64,000 bases of DNA from a virus. Both the position numbers and the translations under genes were made by a program. Shown in pieces: positions 8,867 through 16,319 of the stretch (its first letter is position 1; every line of letters begins with the position of its first letter). The stretch spans positions 5,091 to 69,090 of IMG/VR virus record IMGVR_UViG_3300037493_005727; one strand, written 5' to 3'. The notes under the pieces were generated by a model. That model saw only the letters and a list, made by a program, of their open reading frames with translations, had not been told where the DNA came from and did not search any database.

Positions 8867-9073
8867 TCACTTGGTACCTCCAGACAAGAGGACCGAAACC
8901 GCCCCTACGATCTTCGGGGCATAGCGTAGATCGTTCAGCGCGTTGTGCAGCATGTTCTCCGCTCGTTGTTGGATCTCTTCGAGGGTGTTGTCCTCTTCCC
9001 AGAACCGCCCGAGATTGAGGTCCAGTGTCACGCGAACGCGGACACCCGTGTCCTTCTTCTCCTTCTTTGCCAT
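8867..9073 (-). CDS. hypothetical protein
   Basis: Track ORF extends into the tRNA. Chosen start MAKKEKKD at 9071-9073, just downstream (on minus) of tRNA-Gly. Confidence 0.4.
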   Translation of the reverse strand: MAKKEKKDTGVRVRVTLDLNLGRFWEEDNTLEEIQQRAENMLHNALNDLRYAPKIVGAVSVLLSGGTK

Positions 9074-9087
9074 GTGCTTCCTCCTTG

Positions 9088-9159
9088 AGCGGGCAGTGGG
9101 ATTCGAACCCACGACCAACAGCTTGGAAGGCTGTGACTCTACCCCTGAGTTATGCCCGC
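9088..9159 (-). tRNA. tRNA-Gly (anticodon UCC)
   Basis: Minus-strand cloverleaf GCGGGCATAACTCAGGGGTAGAGTCACAGCCTTCCAAGCTGTTGGTCGTGGGTTCGAATCCCACTGCCCGCT. Anticodon loop CUUCCAA. Perfect 7-bp acceptor, T-loop TTCGAAT. Confidence 0.85.
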
Positions 9160-9167
9160 TTACGACA

Positions 9168-9239
9168 TAGACGCGGAGGGCTTCGAACCCCCGACCCGCT
9201 GCGTGTAAAGCAGCCGCTCTACCCCTGAGCTACGCGTCT
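9168..9239 (-). tRNA. tRNA-Val (anticodon UAC)
   Basis: AGACGCGTAGCTCAGGGGTAGAGCGGCTGCTTTACACGCAGCGGGTCGGGGGTTCGAAGCCCTCCGCGTCT plus discriminator A. Anticodon loop UUUACAC. U8, A9 and D-stem GCTC/GAGC present. Confidence 0.85.
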
Positions 9240-9240
9240 G

Positions 9241-9314
9241 TGGGACCGGAGGGACTTGAACCCTCAACCCTCGGATTAAAAATCCGATGCTCTAGCCAGT
9301 TGAGCTACGATCCC
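9241..9314 (-). tRNA. tRNA-Lys (anticodon UUU)
   Basis: GGGATCGTAGCTCAACTGGCTAGAGCATCGGATTTTTAATCCGAGGGTTGAGGGTTCAAGTCCCTCCGGTCCCA. Anticodon loop UUUUUAA; discriminator A. Confidence 0.85.
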
Positions 9315-9322
9315 TACCTCAG

Positions 9323-9700
9323 TTACCCGAGGTCTTCAGCCTTCAGCGTTTTTCGACCAGCGGCCACAGCCTTGGTGATCGCCTCCTCCACCATCGACTG
9401 AACTTCGCCACTGAGCTTCTCGATGAGCTCCTCGCCCGTGCGGATGTCTTTCGCCTTGGCGATTGCCTTCACCTTGCTGGTCACTACGAGAATGTCGGAC
9501 ATGCTTTCCTCTGAGTGTGGTCCCGGACAGTCACAGTCTGCGTAGTGTACCTGACAGTCAGGACACCACGGCTCGCCGCAGCCATCCGGGCATGGGATGC
9601 AATCTGCGGCGAGCTTCATCTTCCTCTTTCGTCTTCCTGTCGGTGTCCTCGTGATGCCGTTTCCTGGCCACCGCGAAGCTGGAACAACGATGACCTTCAT
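9323..9700 (-). CDS. Cys-rich zinc-binding domain plus C-terminal histone-fold domain (archaeal HMf/H4-like signature)
   Basis: 125 aa. ATG overlaps the stop of the upstream vWA gene (TGATGA). C-terminal DILVVTSKVKAIAKAKDIRTGEELIEKLSGEVQSMVEEAITKAVAAGRKTLKAEDLG aligns residue-by-residue to archaeal histone HMfB (alpha1, L1, alpha2), including the hallmark AGRKT-I/L-KAEDI motif. alpha3 is truncated. Preceded by CIPCPDGCGEPWCPDCQVHYADCDC. Confidence 0.55.
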   Translation of the reverse strand: MKVIVVPASRWPGNGITRTPTGRRKRKMKLAADCIPCPDGCGEPWCPDCQVHYADCDCPGPHSEESMSDILVVTSKVKAIAKAKDIRTGEELIEKLSGEVQSMVEEAITKAVAAGRKTLKAEDLG

Positions 9701-10761
9701 CAGTAGTCCGAAACCTCATACAGGAACTTCGTACCGCCGAGAAGCTTCCGGTTGTTCGAGGTGCTCTGGATGAAGCAGCGGTAGCCGCCGAGGTCACCCG
9801 GCTTCACCGTCGCGTCTTCGCCGATGGGCATCCCGGCGATCTCTCGAGCCTTGTCACCCGAGTAGAAGTCGCCCGTCGACTTCTCCTGGAGGATGACCTC
9901 CTTGTAGTGCTGGACCTTGACGGACTTCGTGAACTCGTAGAACCCTCGGCCGACCTTGAACTCGACTCCCTGGTCACGCACGAACTCTGAGATGGGCGTG
10001 TCGTCTTCCACCTTCATCATCTGGAACCGCCCCGGCGGGACGGCGTCCATGTTGGCCTTCGACGCCGCTTCGTCCTTGCGCCCGAGCATCCGGTTGAAGC
10101 TCCGGCGCATCGAACGGTTCAAGCGTCCGTCCGCCTTCAGCTCCTCTTCGAACTCCTTGAGCTTCTCATCGCCCTGCTGCTTGTAGGCGACCGCGAAGAT
10201 CATGTCGGTGATGCTGGAGAACTGGTCGAGTTCCAGGTGGAACCCTCCGGTCTCTTCAGCGATGTCCTCGTAGAACTTCGTCGCGTGCTTGCGGTTCAGC
10301 GCCTGAACGCCGTAGACCTGGATGCCCGCCTCGAGCAGCAGCTTGAGCTCGTTGCGCCAGTCCAGCTTCTTGGTGTTCAGCGCCTCGTTCTTCCCGTGCG
10401 GCACGTCATCGCCGATGAGCACGAGAACCTTCTTCTTGCCAGCGGACCAACTGAACGTCTTGGACTCGTGCAGCACGAGCTCGTAGCACTCAGCGGCGTC
10501 GCCACCTCCCGTCGGCTTCACGTTGGTGATGAAGTCGGCGATCTTCTTCTGGTCTGTGCTGAAGTCGAGATGCTTGGTGACGTACGTCGACCCTGCGTCG
10601 CAGTAGTCGCCGTGCGCGATGACACCGATGCGAATGTCCGGCACGTCCTTGAACAGCCGCTTCACCGTCTCCTTTACCTCGCGGCGAACCTGCGTCAGGC
10701 AGGGGTACATCGACCCGGTGGTGTCGAAACTGAAAATCACTTCGATTGCGTCTTTGCTCAT
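9700..10761 (-). CDS. von Willebrand factor A (vWA) domain protein
   Basis: IEVIFSFDTTGSM (MIDAS-like D-x-T-x-S) ... IRIGVIAHGDYCD ... VLVLIGDDVPHG. Start chosen at MSKDAIEV (ATG 10759-10761, AAGGAA RBS), just downstream of the previous gene's stop. Confidence 0.65.
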   Translation of the reverse strand: MSKDAIEVIFSFDTTGSMYPCLTQVRREVKETVKRLFKDVPDIRIGVIAHGDYCDAGSTYVTKHLDFSTDQKKIADFITNVKPTGGGDAAECYELVLHESKTFSWSAGKKKVLVLIGDDVPHGKNEALNTKKLDWRNELKLLLEAGIQVYGVQALNRKHATKFYEDIAEETGGFHLELDQFSSITDMIFAVAYKQQGDEKLKEFEEELKADGRLNRSMRRSFNRMLGRKDEAASKANMDAVPPGRFQMMKVEDDTPISEFVRDQGVEFKVGRGFYEFTKSVKVQHYKEVILQEKSTGDFYSGDKAREIAGMPIGEDATVKPGDLGGYRCFIQSTSNNRKLLGGTKFLYEVSDY

Positions 10762-10780
10762 TTCGGTTCCTTGGTGGTGG

Positions 10781-11389
10781 TTAGCCCGCGTCCTCTTCGG
10801 CGTCTTCGTCATCAGCGGAGTCAACGGATCCACTGCTGACCTTCTCCATGATCTCTACGAAGCGCTGCTCTGCTTTCTTGTGGGCGACTTCCCAGATCTT
10901 GTCGTTCAGGAGGTGCGCCAGTCTTTCCTTGTACGACCTCTCGTAGGCCGCCTTGATCCCCTTCACCTTCGGGTCACCGACGACCAACCCTTCGATGAAC
11001 CCCGGGATCGCCAGTTTGATTTGCGTAAGGGTGTGTTCCCCCAACGCGCGGGCGAGGGCGCTTTGTTCGTGGTGAGAGTCAATCTCCCATTTGCCATCGT
11101 GCCAGTGGTCTTTCTTAACGCCCAGGGCCGTGCAGATTATTTTCCACGCGGCTTCGTTGAGGTGCGAGTCGATCTTACGGGGGAGGTTCTCAATCTCCTC
11201 GATGAGGCTCTCTTTCATTCGCGCGTCGAGCTCAACCTTCAACTCCTCGACGCTCATCTTCTGGAGCCGCTTCTCGTCCTTCGCGTCCTCTTCCTGCTCT
11301 TCCCTTGATCGATAGCCCATTTTCCCTCGGGTTGTTGAGTCGTTTTTCTTCTTGCCGCAAAACTTCTTCAAGGTTCGCAAAGGCACCAT
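10781..11389 (-). CDS. hypothetical protein with strongly acidic C-terminal tail (SADDEDAEEDAG)
   Basis: 202-aa ORF with good GC3. Its 5' 158 nt overlap ORF 11232..11666 in another frame, so the true start is probably internal (MSVEELK or MKESLIEE). Confidence 0.45.
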   Translation of the reverse strand: MVPLRTLKKFCGKKKNDSTTRGKMGYRSREEQEEDAKDEKRLQKMSVEELKVELDARMKESLIEEIENLPRKIDSHLNEAAWKIICTALGVKKDHWHDGKWEIDSHHEQSALARALGEHTLTQIKLAIPGFIEGLVVGDPKVKGIKAAYERSYKERLAHLLNDKIWEVAHKKAEQRFVEIMEKVSSGSVDSADDEDAEEDAG

Positions 11390-11666
11390 CCACAGTACGA
11401 CTCGCCGGAGTCCAGTGCAGGATCGCTACGTCGGCTGCGACGTACACAAGGGTACGCATCAGCATGCCAGGTCCCGCACCTTGGGGGTCTAGAACACCAG
11501 GGGCGTGAACGTGAAACTGCAGCAGCCCCTCGCGCCCCGGGGCGAAGGAGCTCAAGAGCCCCTGCGTCTGCGGGTCCATGAAGAACTGGAACACCTTGTC
11601 TACGCACTCCGAGCAAGGCTCGGCCATCTCAGCCTTGAGCTGAACGAGAGCTTCCTCTTTCGTCAT
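11232..11666 (-). CDS. hypothetical protein
   Basis: 144 aa. N-terminal 110 aa has a coding-like composition. C-terminal 35 aa are low-complexity and overlap the next gene (possible frameshift or genuine overlap). Confidence 0.4.
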   Translation of the reverse strand: MTKEEALVQLKAEMAEPCSECVDKVFQFFMDPQTQGLLSSFAPGREGLLQFHVHAPGVLDPQGAGPGMLMRTLVYVAADVAILHWTPASRTVDGAFANLEEVLRQEEKRLNNPRENGLSIKGRAGRGREGREAAPEDERRGVEG

Positions 11667-11669
11667 GGC

Positions 11670-12002
11670 TCAGTAGTAGTGGTTGCCGACGGCGATACCA
11701 AGCCGCTGGAGATCCTTCTGGTCAAGCCGGTACGTGTCCTTCTGGACGACGTGGTCGATCATGAAGGTGTACCACCCGGCCTGGTCCTTGTGCTCCCGCG
11801 CCTTCTTGGAGAGCTGCTCCACTGGAGTACCCCCGGAGACCTTGCCGACCTCCATGTCCTCTTCGATGGCGGCGATCTGAGCCCCGAGCTCCTTGGCCTT
11901 CTTCTCGTAGGTCTCAGCCTTGCTCTTGTGGTGCTCGAGCCGCTCCGTGAGGATCTTGATGAGCTCGTCCGACTTCACGTCAATTTTCAAACCTTCGATC
12001 AT
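11670..12002 (-). CDS. hypothetical coiled-coil protein
   Basis: 110-aa ORF. Confidence 0.45.
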   Translation of the reverse strand: MIEGLKIDVKSDELIKILTERLEHHKSKAETYEKKAKELGAQIAAIEEDMEVGKVSGGTPVEQLSKKAREHKDQAGWYTFMIDHVVQKDTYRLDQKDLQRLGIAVGNHYY

Positions 12003-12280
12003 TTAGTCTTCCCTTGTAGTTTCTTGATACAGCGTTGAACAGCTTCTTTCAGCTCCGGCGAGGTGATGTGCTGATACTCCATGTCATGCTCTTTGAGCTC
12101 GAGTGCCACCAGCTGAAGCGTGGCTAAAACATCAGCGCGCAGCTCGGTGACCGCGTCGTACGCGGCCCCTTCGAGCTCCATACCGATCTCGGCGATGATG
12201 CCCTTGGCCTCTTTCGAAATCTTGAGGCCCGTCATCACCCGAAGAAATGCCTTCTTGCTACGAGGTTTACGTAGACCCAT
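11999..12280 (-). CDS. candidate second histone-fold protein (H2A-like L2/alpha3 signature)
   Basis: Start MGLRKPRSKK at 12278-12280 with GAGAGGA RBS 7 nt upstream. Central GAAYDAVTELRADVLATLQLVALELKEHDMEYQHITSPELKEAVQR parallels H2A [43 protein letters not shown]. Helix lengths fit alpha1-L1-alpha2-L2-alpha3. Confidence 0.4.
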   Translation of the reverse strand: MGLRKPRSKKAFLRVMTGLKISKEAKGIIAEIGMELEGAAYDAVTELRADVLATLQLVALELKEHDMEYQHITSPELKEAVQRCIKKLQGKTK

Positions 12281-12327
12281 AGTTTTTCCTCTCCCCTTGT
12301 ACCACCAGGGGCACCTATACTTCGACC

Positions 12328-13266
12328 ATGCTGAATGAGCTCGCATACGCCCAAGGCGTCGATGACGGAATGGCGAAATTCGCCATCAGTAAGTACCGGC
12401 AGTACGCCCGAGACACAACGCAGCAGGCGTGGAACAGCCAGCAACCCGCGGACATCGCCAAAGCTCGTGCCGCCGTTCAGGGGGCCTACAAGCCCCGCGT
12501 TCTCGGGTCCGGGGCAGAAGGAACAGCCACACTGCGCATGATGCCGCAGGCTGCGGCCGGGGGAGCGCTTACCCCGACTGTCCGAAAAGAGTTCAACCCT
12601 AACGCTGCGTTGGCCTCGCCAGAAATGATCAATCGACGCATCGCGATGGGGCCCGACCTGAACGAAAGCGGAAACTTCGCCAAGTACTACGGACACGGAC
12701 AGACCGCTGCGGGTAAAAAGTACATCGACTCCGAACTCATCCCAGGGAAGATCGCCCCAGGCGCGGACGTCTCGAAGGCTCAGGCGAACATTGACAGGAG
12801 CGTTCGTTCCGTCGGTATGAAGTCCGGGATGGGCCACATGGCCGCCAAAGACATTCGGGCGGAGAACCTCGGGGTCAACCCCAAGACCGGGAAGACTGTT
12901 GCTCTCGACTACATGCCCATGAAGCGGCAGGAGACCTACGACCCGCGATACGCTCGAATGAACGGGTCTCCTGATCCGACGAGGCCGTACCCCACAGGCC
13001 AAGGGGCAGCGCTATTCCCACATCGGGCTAGCGAATTCGCAGATCCTGGCGGGATTGAACAAAAGATGATGCAAGGGGAGATGAAGAAGAGAATGCAGTC
13101 GAACCCTCAGTCGGTTCTCCCTCCCAACGCCAAAACTCCTGCGCCCGCCGCAGCTCCCGCCCCTGTGGGGCCTGGAACGGTAGCGGCAAGACCCGCGCTG
13201 ATGCCGCAAAAAGACCAACCGGCGGCCCCTCCTGTCGCGGGGCCCTCCGTGTTCGGATCCCTTTGA
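12328..13266 (+). CDS. hypothetical protein (Pro/Ala-rich C-terminus)
   Basis: 312-aa ORF with good GC3 on the plus strand between minus-strand blocks. Antisense ORF 12235..13002 rejected. Confidence 0.5.
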   Translation: MLNELAYAQGVDDGMAKFAISKYRQYARDTTQQAWNSQQPADIAKARAAVQGAYKPRVLGSGAEGTATLRMMPQAAAGGALTPTVRKEFNPNAALASPEMINRRIAMGPDLNESGNFAKYYGHGQTAAGKKYIDSELIPGKIAPGADVSKAQANIDRSVRSVGMKSGMGHMAAKDIRAENLGVNPKTGKTVALDYMPMKRQETYDPRYARMNGSPDPTRPYPTGQGAALFPHRASEFADPGGIEQKMMQGEMKKRMQSNPQSVLPPNAKTPAPAAAPAPVGPGTVAARPALMPQKDQPAAPPVAGPSVFGSL

Positions 13267-13298
13267 AGTAAGGGAGACCCTGCGATAGAAGCCGTCAT

Positions 13299-13526
13299 AT
13301 GAGCAAGCGCGAAGCCTGCGCCTGGTGTGGCGCGACAGATCAGCTGATGGTGCGTCTGAAACAAGGAACGCCGGTCAACGCCTGCGTCGACTGGCAGGCG
13401 TGTGGTGAACGGGAAGCGAAGAAGAACGCGCCGAAGGAACTACACCTCGAGGCGACCTTCGGGCGTCAGAGGAAGAACGAAGCCAGCTTGTTCGGCAGGC
13501 CGACAACCTTGCCTGTCCCAGGCTGA
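13299..13526 (+). CDS. small Cys-rich (zinc-ribbon-like) protein
   Basis: 75 aa; CAWCG...C..W..C. Confidence 0.4.
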   Translation: MSKREACAWCGATDQLMVRLKQGTPVNACVDWQACGEREAKKNAPKELHLEATFGRQRKNEASLFGRPTTLPVPG

Positions 13527-13846
13527 AGGACTGCGCCAGGCATCTTGCCCGCTGTCCCATACCCTCCCTGGAAGCCTGAGCGATCCAGCTCCAACTTGGG
13601 GCCGCCTGGGAGGATCGGAGGCGTGGCCGGGTTGGTCATCTGCTGCTGCGACGCAGGCCCAGGTGCCATCGAAGGCATGGCTGCGGGACCTGCTGCTCCT
13701 TGAACGGCGGCCATTCCTTTGGGGCGCGCTCGGTAGGCTGCCAGCATCTTCGCCTTCTCCTCGGGGGAGAGCGCTTCCTTGGCCATGCCGAATGAGGTCA
13801 GCGCCTCGTCAACGCCGCCGACGTAGTGTTGTTCAAGAGGATGCAT
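13466..13846 (-). CDS. hypothetical Pro/Gly-rich protein
   Basis: Start chosen at MHPLEQHY (13844-13846). Convergent 60-nt overlap with 13299..13526. Confidence 0.45.
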   Translation of the reverse strand: MHPLEQHYVGGVDEALTSFGMAKEALSPEEKAKMLAAYRARPKGMAAVQGAAGPAAMPSMAPGPASQQQMTNPATPPILPGGPKLELDRSGFQGGYGTAGKMPGAVLQPGTGKVVGLPNKLASFFL

Positions 13847-13873
13847 GGCGACAATATAGGCTAAACTGGTCTC

Positions 13874-14209
13874 GTGAAAACAGCTTACGAGCACGACACG
13901 TCACAGCCCCAAGGGGCCTCGTACATGCCCAAGAACGTGATTCGAGAGGAACACACGAGCTCAGGCATGGGCGCGTCGGGGCAGCCCAGCGGCGCCTTCG
14001 AGGAACAGCGGGTGAAGGCATACCGCTCAGGCGTTGACGCGGCCCGCCATCACTTCGGGGTCAAGCGATCTTCATTGACGCAGCCAGGGACCCCAGAGAC
14101 CAATGAGCTCGTCGAAATCTTGAAGAAGCCGAACCCAGAACGGACCCCAGACGCGGGCACCGGCTACGCCACATCTGGCGCGCAGTACGGTGCCGACATC
14201 CGGAAGTAG
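13874..14209 (+). CDS. hypothetical protein
   Basis: 111-aa ORF (alternative start MPKNV at 13925). Divergent from 13466..13846. Confidence 0.4.
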   Translation: MKTAYEHDTSQPQGASYMPKNVIREEHTSSGMGASGQPSGAFEEQRVKAYRSGVDAARHHFGVKRSSLTQPGTPETNELVEILKKPNPERTPDAGTGYATSGAQYGADIRK

Positions 14210-14458
14210 TCACCCGGGCTGGAAGGCGAAGTAGTACCGCGGCAGGTGCTGAAACGTCAGCGCTCCTTTGACCCCATCAGCCTTGCGCGTAACGCTGACG
14301 AACGGGGCCAGGAAGCCGTGGATCTGGAACACCTCCTGAACCTGATTGGTGTCCCAGACCTCGCCCCACTTCTTCTCGAGAGCTTCACGCTCAAGAGCGG
14401 ATTCGTTGATGGCGTCCGCCAAGACCTTACGTCCTGCCTCCTCATCAGTCAGGTGCAT
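14210..14458 (-). CDS. hypothetical protein
   Basis: Start chosen at MHLTDEEAGRK. Confidence 0.45.
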   Translation of the reverse strand: MHLTDEEAGRKVLADAINESALEREALEKKWGEVWDTNQVQEVFQIHGFLAPFVSVTRKADGVKGALTFQHLPRYYFAFQPG

Positions 14459-15068
14459 CTTCCAGCTCCTTCTTTCGTAGGTTGGTGAGAGCTTCGAAGT
14501 CAACGACGACGCTGTTGTCGACCATGTACGACTTCATGTTCTGCTTCTTGAGCCATGCGTCGAAGAAGTTCTGCATCTCTCTGAGATCGTCCACTGAGAT
14601 GTTATCGAACGCATCTTCGTAGAACTCCTGGTACTCGAGCTGGTCCGAGATGATGCGCTCCGCGTCCAGCTTGAACGGCTGTTCCTCCGTTCCCCATGCC
14701 CACGTCGGCGGCTCTTCATCGTCGTCGTGTGCGTCGAGCAGTGAATCAACGTCTGGGTAGTACTCGTCGCAGTGATCGCAGCACAACCAGTCCCCCGCGT
14801 ACTCCGAGAGCATCACCTTCTTCGCCTTGTCGTACTGCGCTTGAGCTCTGGCGAACTGCTGCTTCTTCGAGCAGTCCTCGCAGTAACTGTGTCGCTTGAT
14901 CTCCTTACCGCACTTCTCACAGACGTCTGGGGCGCAACACTCGAGGGCGTTCTGCTTCGTGCTTGTCGCGGTCTTACAGCTCCCACAGGCCCAGACGACG
15001 GTCTTCTCGACATCTCCGTTTTTCTGAACGCACTCGATGGGCGTCGCTGCTTTGGTCGTGTCTTTCAT
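14445..15068 (-). CDS. hypothetical Cys-rich acidic protein
   Basis: 207 aa; multiple CxxC pairs (CGSC, CEKCG, CEDC, CDHC). Confidence 0.5.
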   Translation of the reverse strand: MKDTTKAATPIECVQKNGDVEKTVVWACGSCKTATSTKQNALECCAPDVCEKCGKEIKRHSYCEDCSKKQQFARAQAQYDKAKKVMLSEYAGDWLCCDHCDEYYPDVDSLLDAHDDDEEPPTWAWGTEEQPFKLDAERIISDQLEYQEFYEDAFDNISVDDLREMQNFFDAWLKKQNMKSYMVDNSVVVDFEALTNLRKKELEDAPD

Positions 15069-15347
15069 TCAATCCTCGTCGTAGACCCAGACCCAGGCTT
15101 GTACGTACACGCCCTTGTCCATGCCGACGCTCAGTAACGCGTTATCGTCGATCTCCACGGACCCCTCTTCTTCGTACTGCTCCTTGGCGCGGCGGATGTA
15201 GCTCTCGCGCTCTTTCTTGGTGAGCCCGTCCGAGTCAACCTTCGACTCACGCTTGACGATGGGCGCGCACTTGGCACAGTGCTCGTTCTTGGTTCGTGTC
15301 TTCTTGCAGCGGGGACACAGCTTGTGGCTATCCCAGGCTTTCTTCAT
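15069..15347 (-). CDS. small zinc-ribbon protein
   Basis: Start MKKAWDSHKLCPRCKK at 15345-15347, overlapping the upstream stop (ATGA). Confidence 0.45.
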   Translation of the reverse strand: MKKAWDSHKLCPRCKKTRTKNEHCAKCAPIVKRESKVDSDGLTKKERESYIRRAKEQYEEEGSVEIDDNALLSVGMDKGVYVQAWVWVYDED

Positions 15348-15991
15348 GGTGGCGTCTCCGTCAAACGGTTCTTGAACCTCGTTGCCTCGAACGGGCACTT
15401 CTCCTCGTCCATGTGGGCGTTTTGATGCTGCCCACAATTGACACAGCGGAACTTGAGACAGTCCTCGCAGATGCGGACCTCGTCCTTAGATGTGATCTCC
15501 ATCTCGTTATCGCAGTAACCACAGCAGACCTGGTAGCTGCCGCGCTCTTCGATCTGAGCCTCGACGAAGTCCTTCTCTTCGTTACACGCGTTGTCGTCCT
15601 CGACGGTGTAAACCCCAGCGAAATCACTACCGCCCTCGGCGTACCAGAGGCGAAAAGAAAGATCGGGGAACTGCGGGCCGACCTGCGCCAGCCATTCCAG
15701 TGGCGGCGACCAAGCTGAGTCGAAGCCGTACTCAACCAGCTCTTTGTCTTCTTGAACGATCCGGGAGTCTACGTCCCACTTGGTACCCCAGTTGGCGAGG
15801 CGCCAGTTGTACCAGTCGGAGCCTTCATCCTTGAACTTCTTCGGCTGCGGAACGAGCGCGTGAAGCGACAGAGGTTGCGTCTTGTCCCCCTTCGTCGGAT
15901 TGGGTCCCTTACCCTTTGCCTTCTTCTTGAAGCGGGCGATCTCTTTAGCCGGGCCTGTGACTTTGAGCAGGCACTCGCACCAGTTAGGCAT
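15344..15991 (-). CDS. hypothetical protein with W-rich SDWYNWRLANWGTKWD motif and C-terminal CxNCG-H-C-FEAT-FK zinc motif (paralog family member 3)
   Basis: 215 aa; C-terminal CVNCGQHQNAHMDEEKCPFEATRFK. Confidence 0.5.
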   Translation of the reverse strand: MPNWCECLLKVTGPAKEIARFKKKAKGKGPNPTKGDKTQPLSLHALVPQPKKFKDEGSDWYNWRLANWGTKWDVDSRIVQEDKELVEYGFDSAWSPPLEWLAQVGPQFPDLSFRLWYAEGGSDFAGVYTVEDDNACNEEKDFVEAQIEERGSYQVCCGYCDNEMEITSKDEVRICEDCLKFRCVNCGQHQNAHMDEEKCPFEATRFKNRLTETPP

Positions 15992-16244
15992 CGCGCGTGT
16001 ACTCCATCTTGGTGTTCTCTTCAGCGACCAGCTTCTCGAACTGCTCGATCAGTTTCTGCTTGTTCCCCTTGAGGCCGTACTCCTGCTTCACGCGGGTGAA
16101 GCACGAGGGCCCTCGAGTCAGCCGCATCCCGGTCTTGAGCTCCGTCTTCATGCCGTGAAGCAGCGTGTTCATGCGAAAAAAATTGACGGCCTTCGGTCCG
16201 TCGAACAGCGTCGGCGTACCGTCCTTCGTAACGTGAATCGTCAA
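15984..16244 (-). CDS. hypothetical protein (TTG start)
   Basis: AAGGAGG RBS followed 5 nt later by TTG (16242-16244). 86-aa product LTIHVTKDGTPTLFDGPKAVNFF... Confidence 0.45.
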   Translation of the reverse strand: MTIHVTKDGTPTLFDGPKAVNFFRMNTLLHGMKTELKTGMRLTRGPSCFTRVKQEYGLKGNKQKLIEQFEKLVAEENTKMEYTRDA

Positions 16245-16285
16245 TGCAGCCTCCTTTGTGTGCAGGGGCTTATACCCAAAACGAC

Positions 16286-16301
16286 CCCCTTTTACGGGGG
16301 A
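16286..16301. promoter_or_regulatory. GC hairpin (CCCCC-TTTTAC-GGGGG) in the 60-nt divergent intergenic region between the minus block and the plus-strand receiver gene
   Basis: Perfect 5-bp GC stem. On the minus strand it is followed by UCGUUUUGGG and a TATAAG element upstream of the AAGGAGG RBS. Function (terminator, attenuator or operator) undetermined. Confidence 0.3.
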
Positions 16302-16319
16302 CGGGCCTACACTTGTGGG

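Noticed and set aside
12235-13002. 255-aa minus-strand ORF
   Set aside because: Antisense of the better-supported plus-strand gene 12328..13266.
13402-14037. 211-aa Arg/Ser/Pro-rich plus-strand ORF
   Set aside because: Overlaps two better ORFs. Low-complexity translation typical of off-frame GC-rich DNA.
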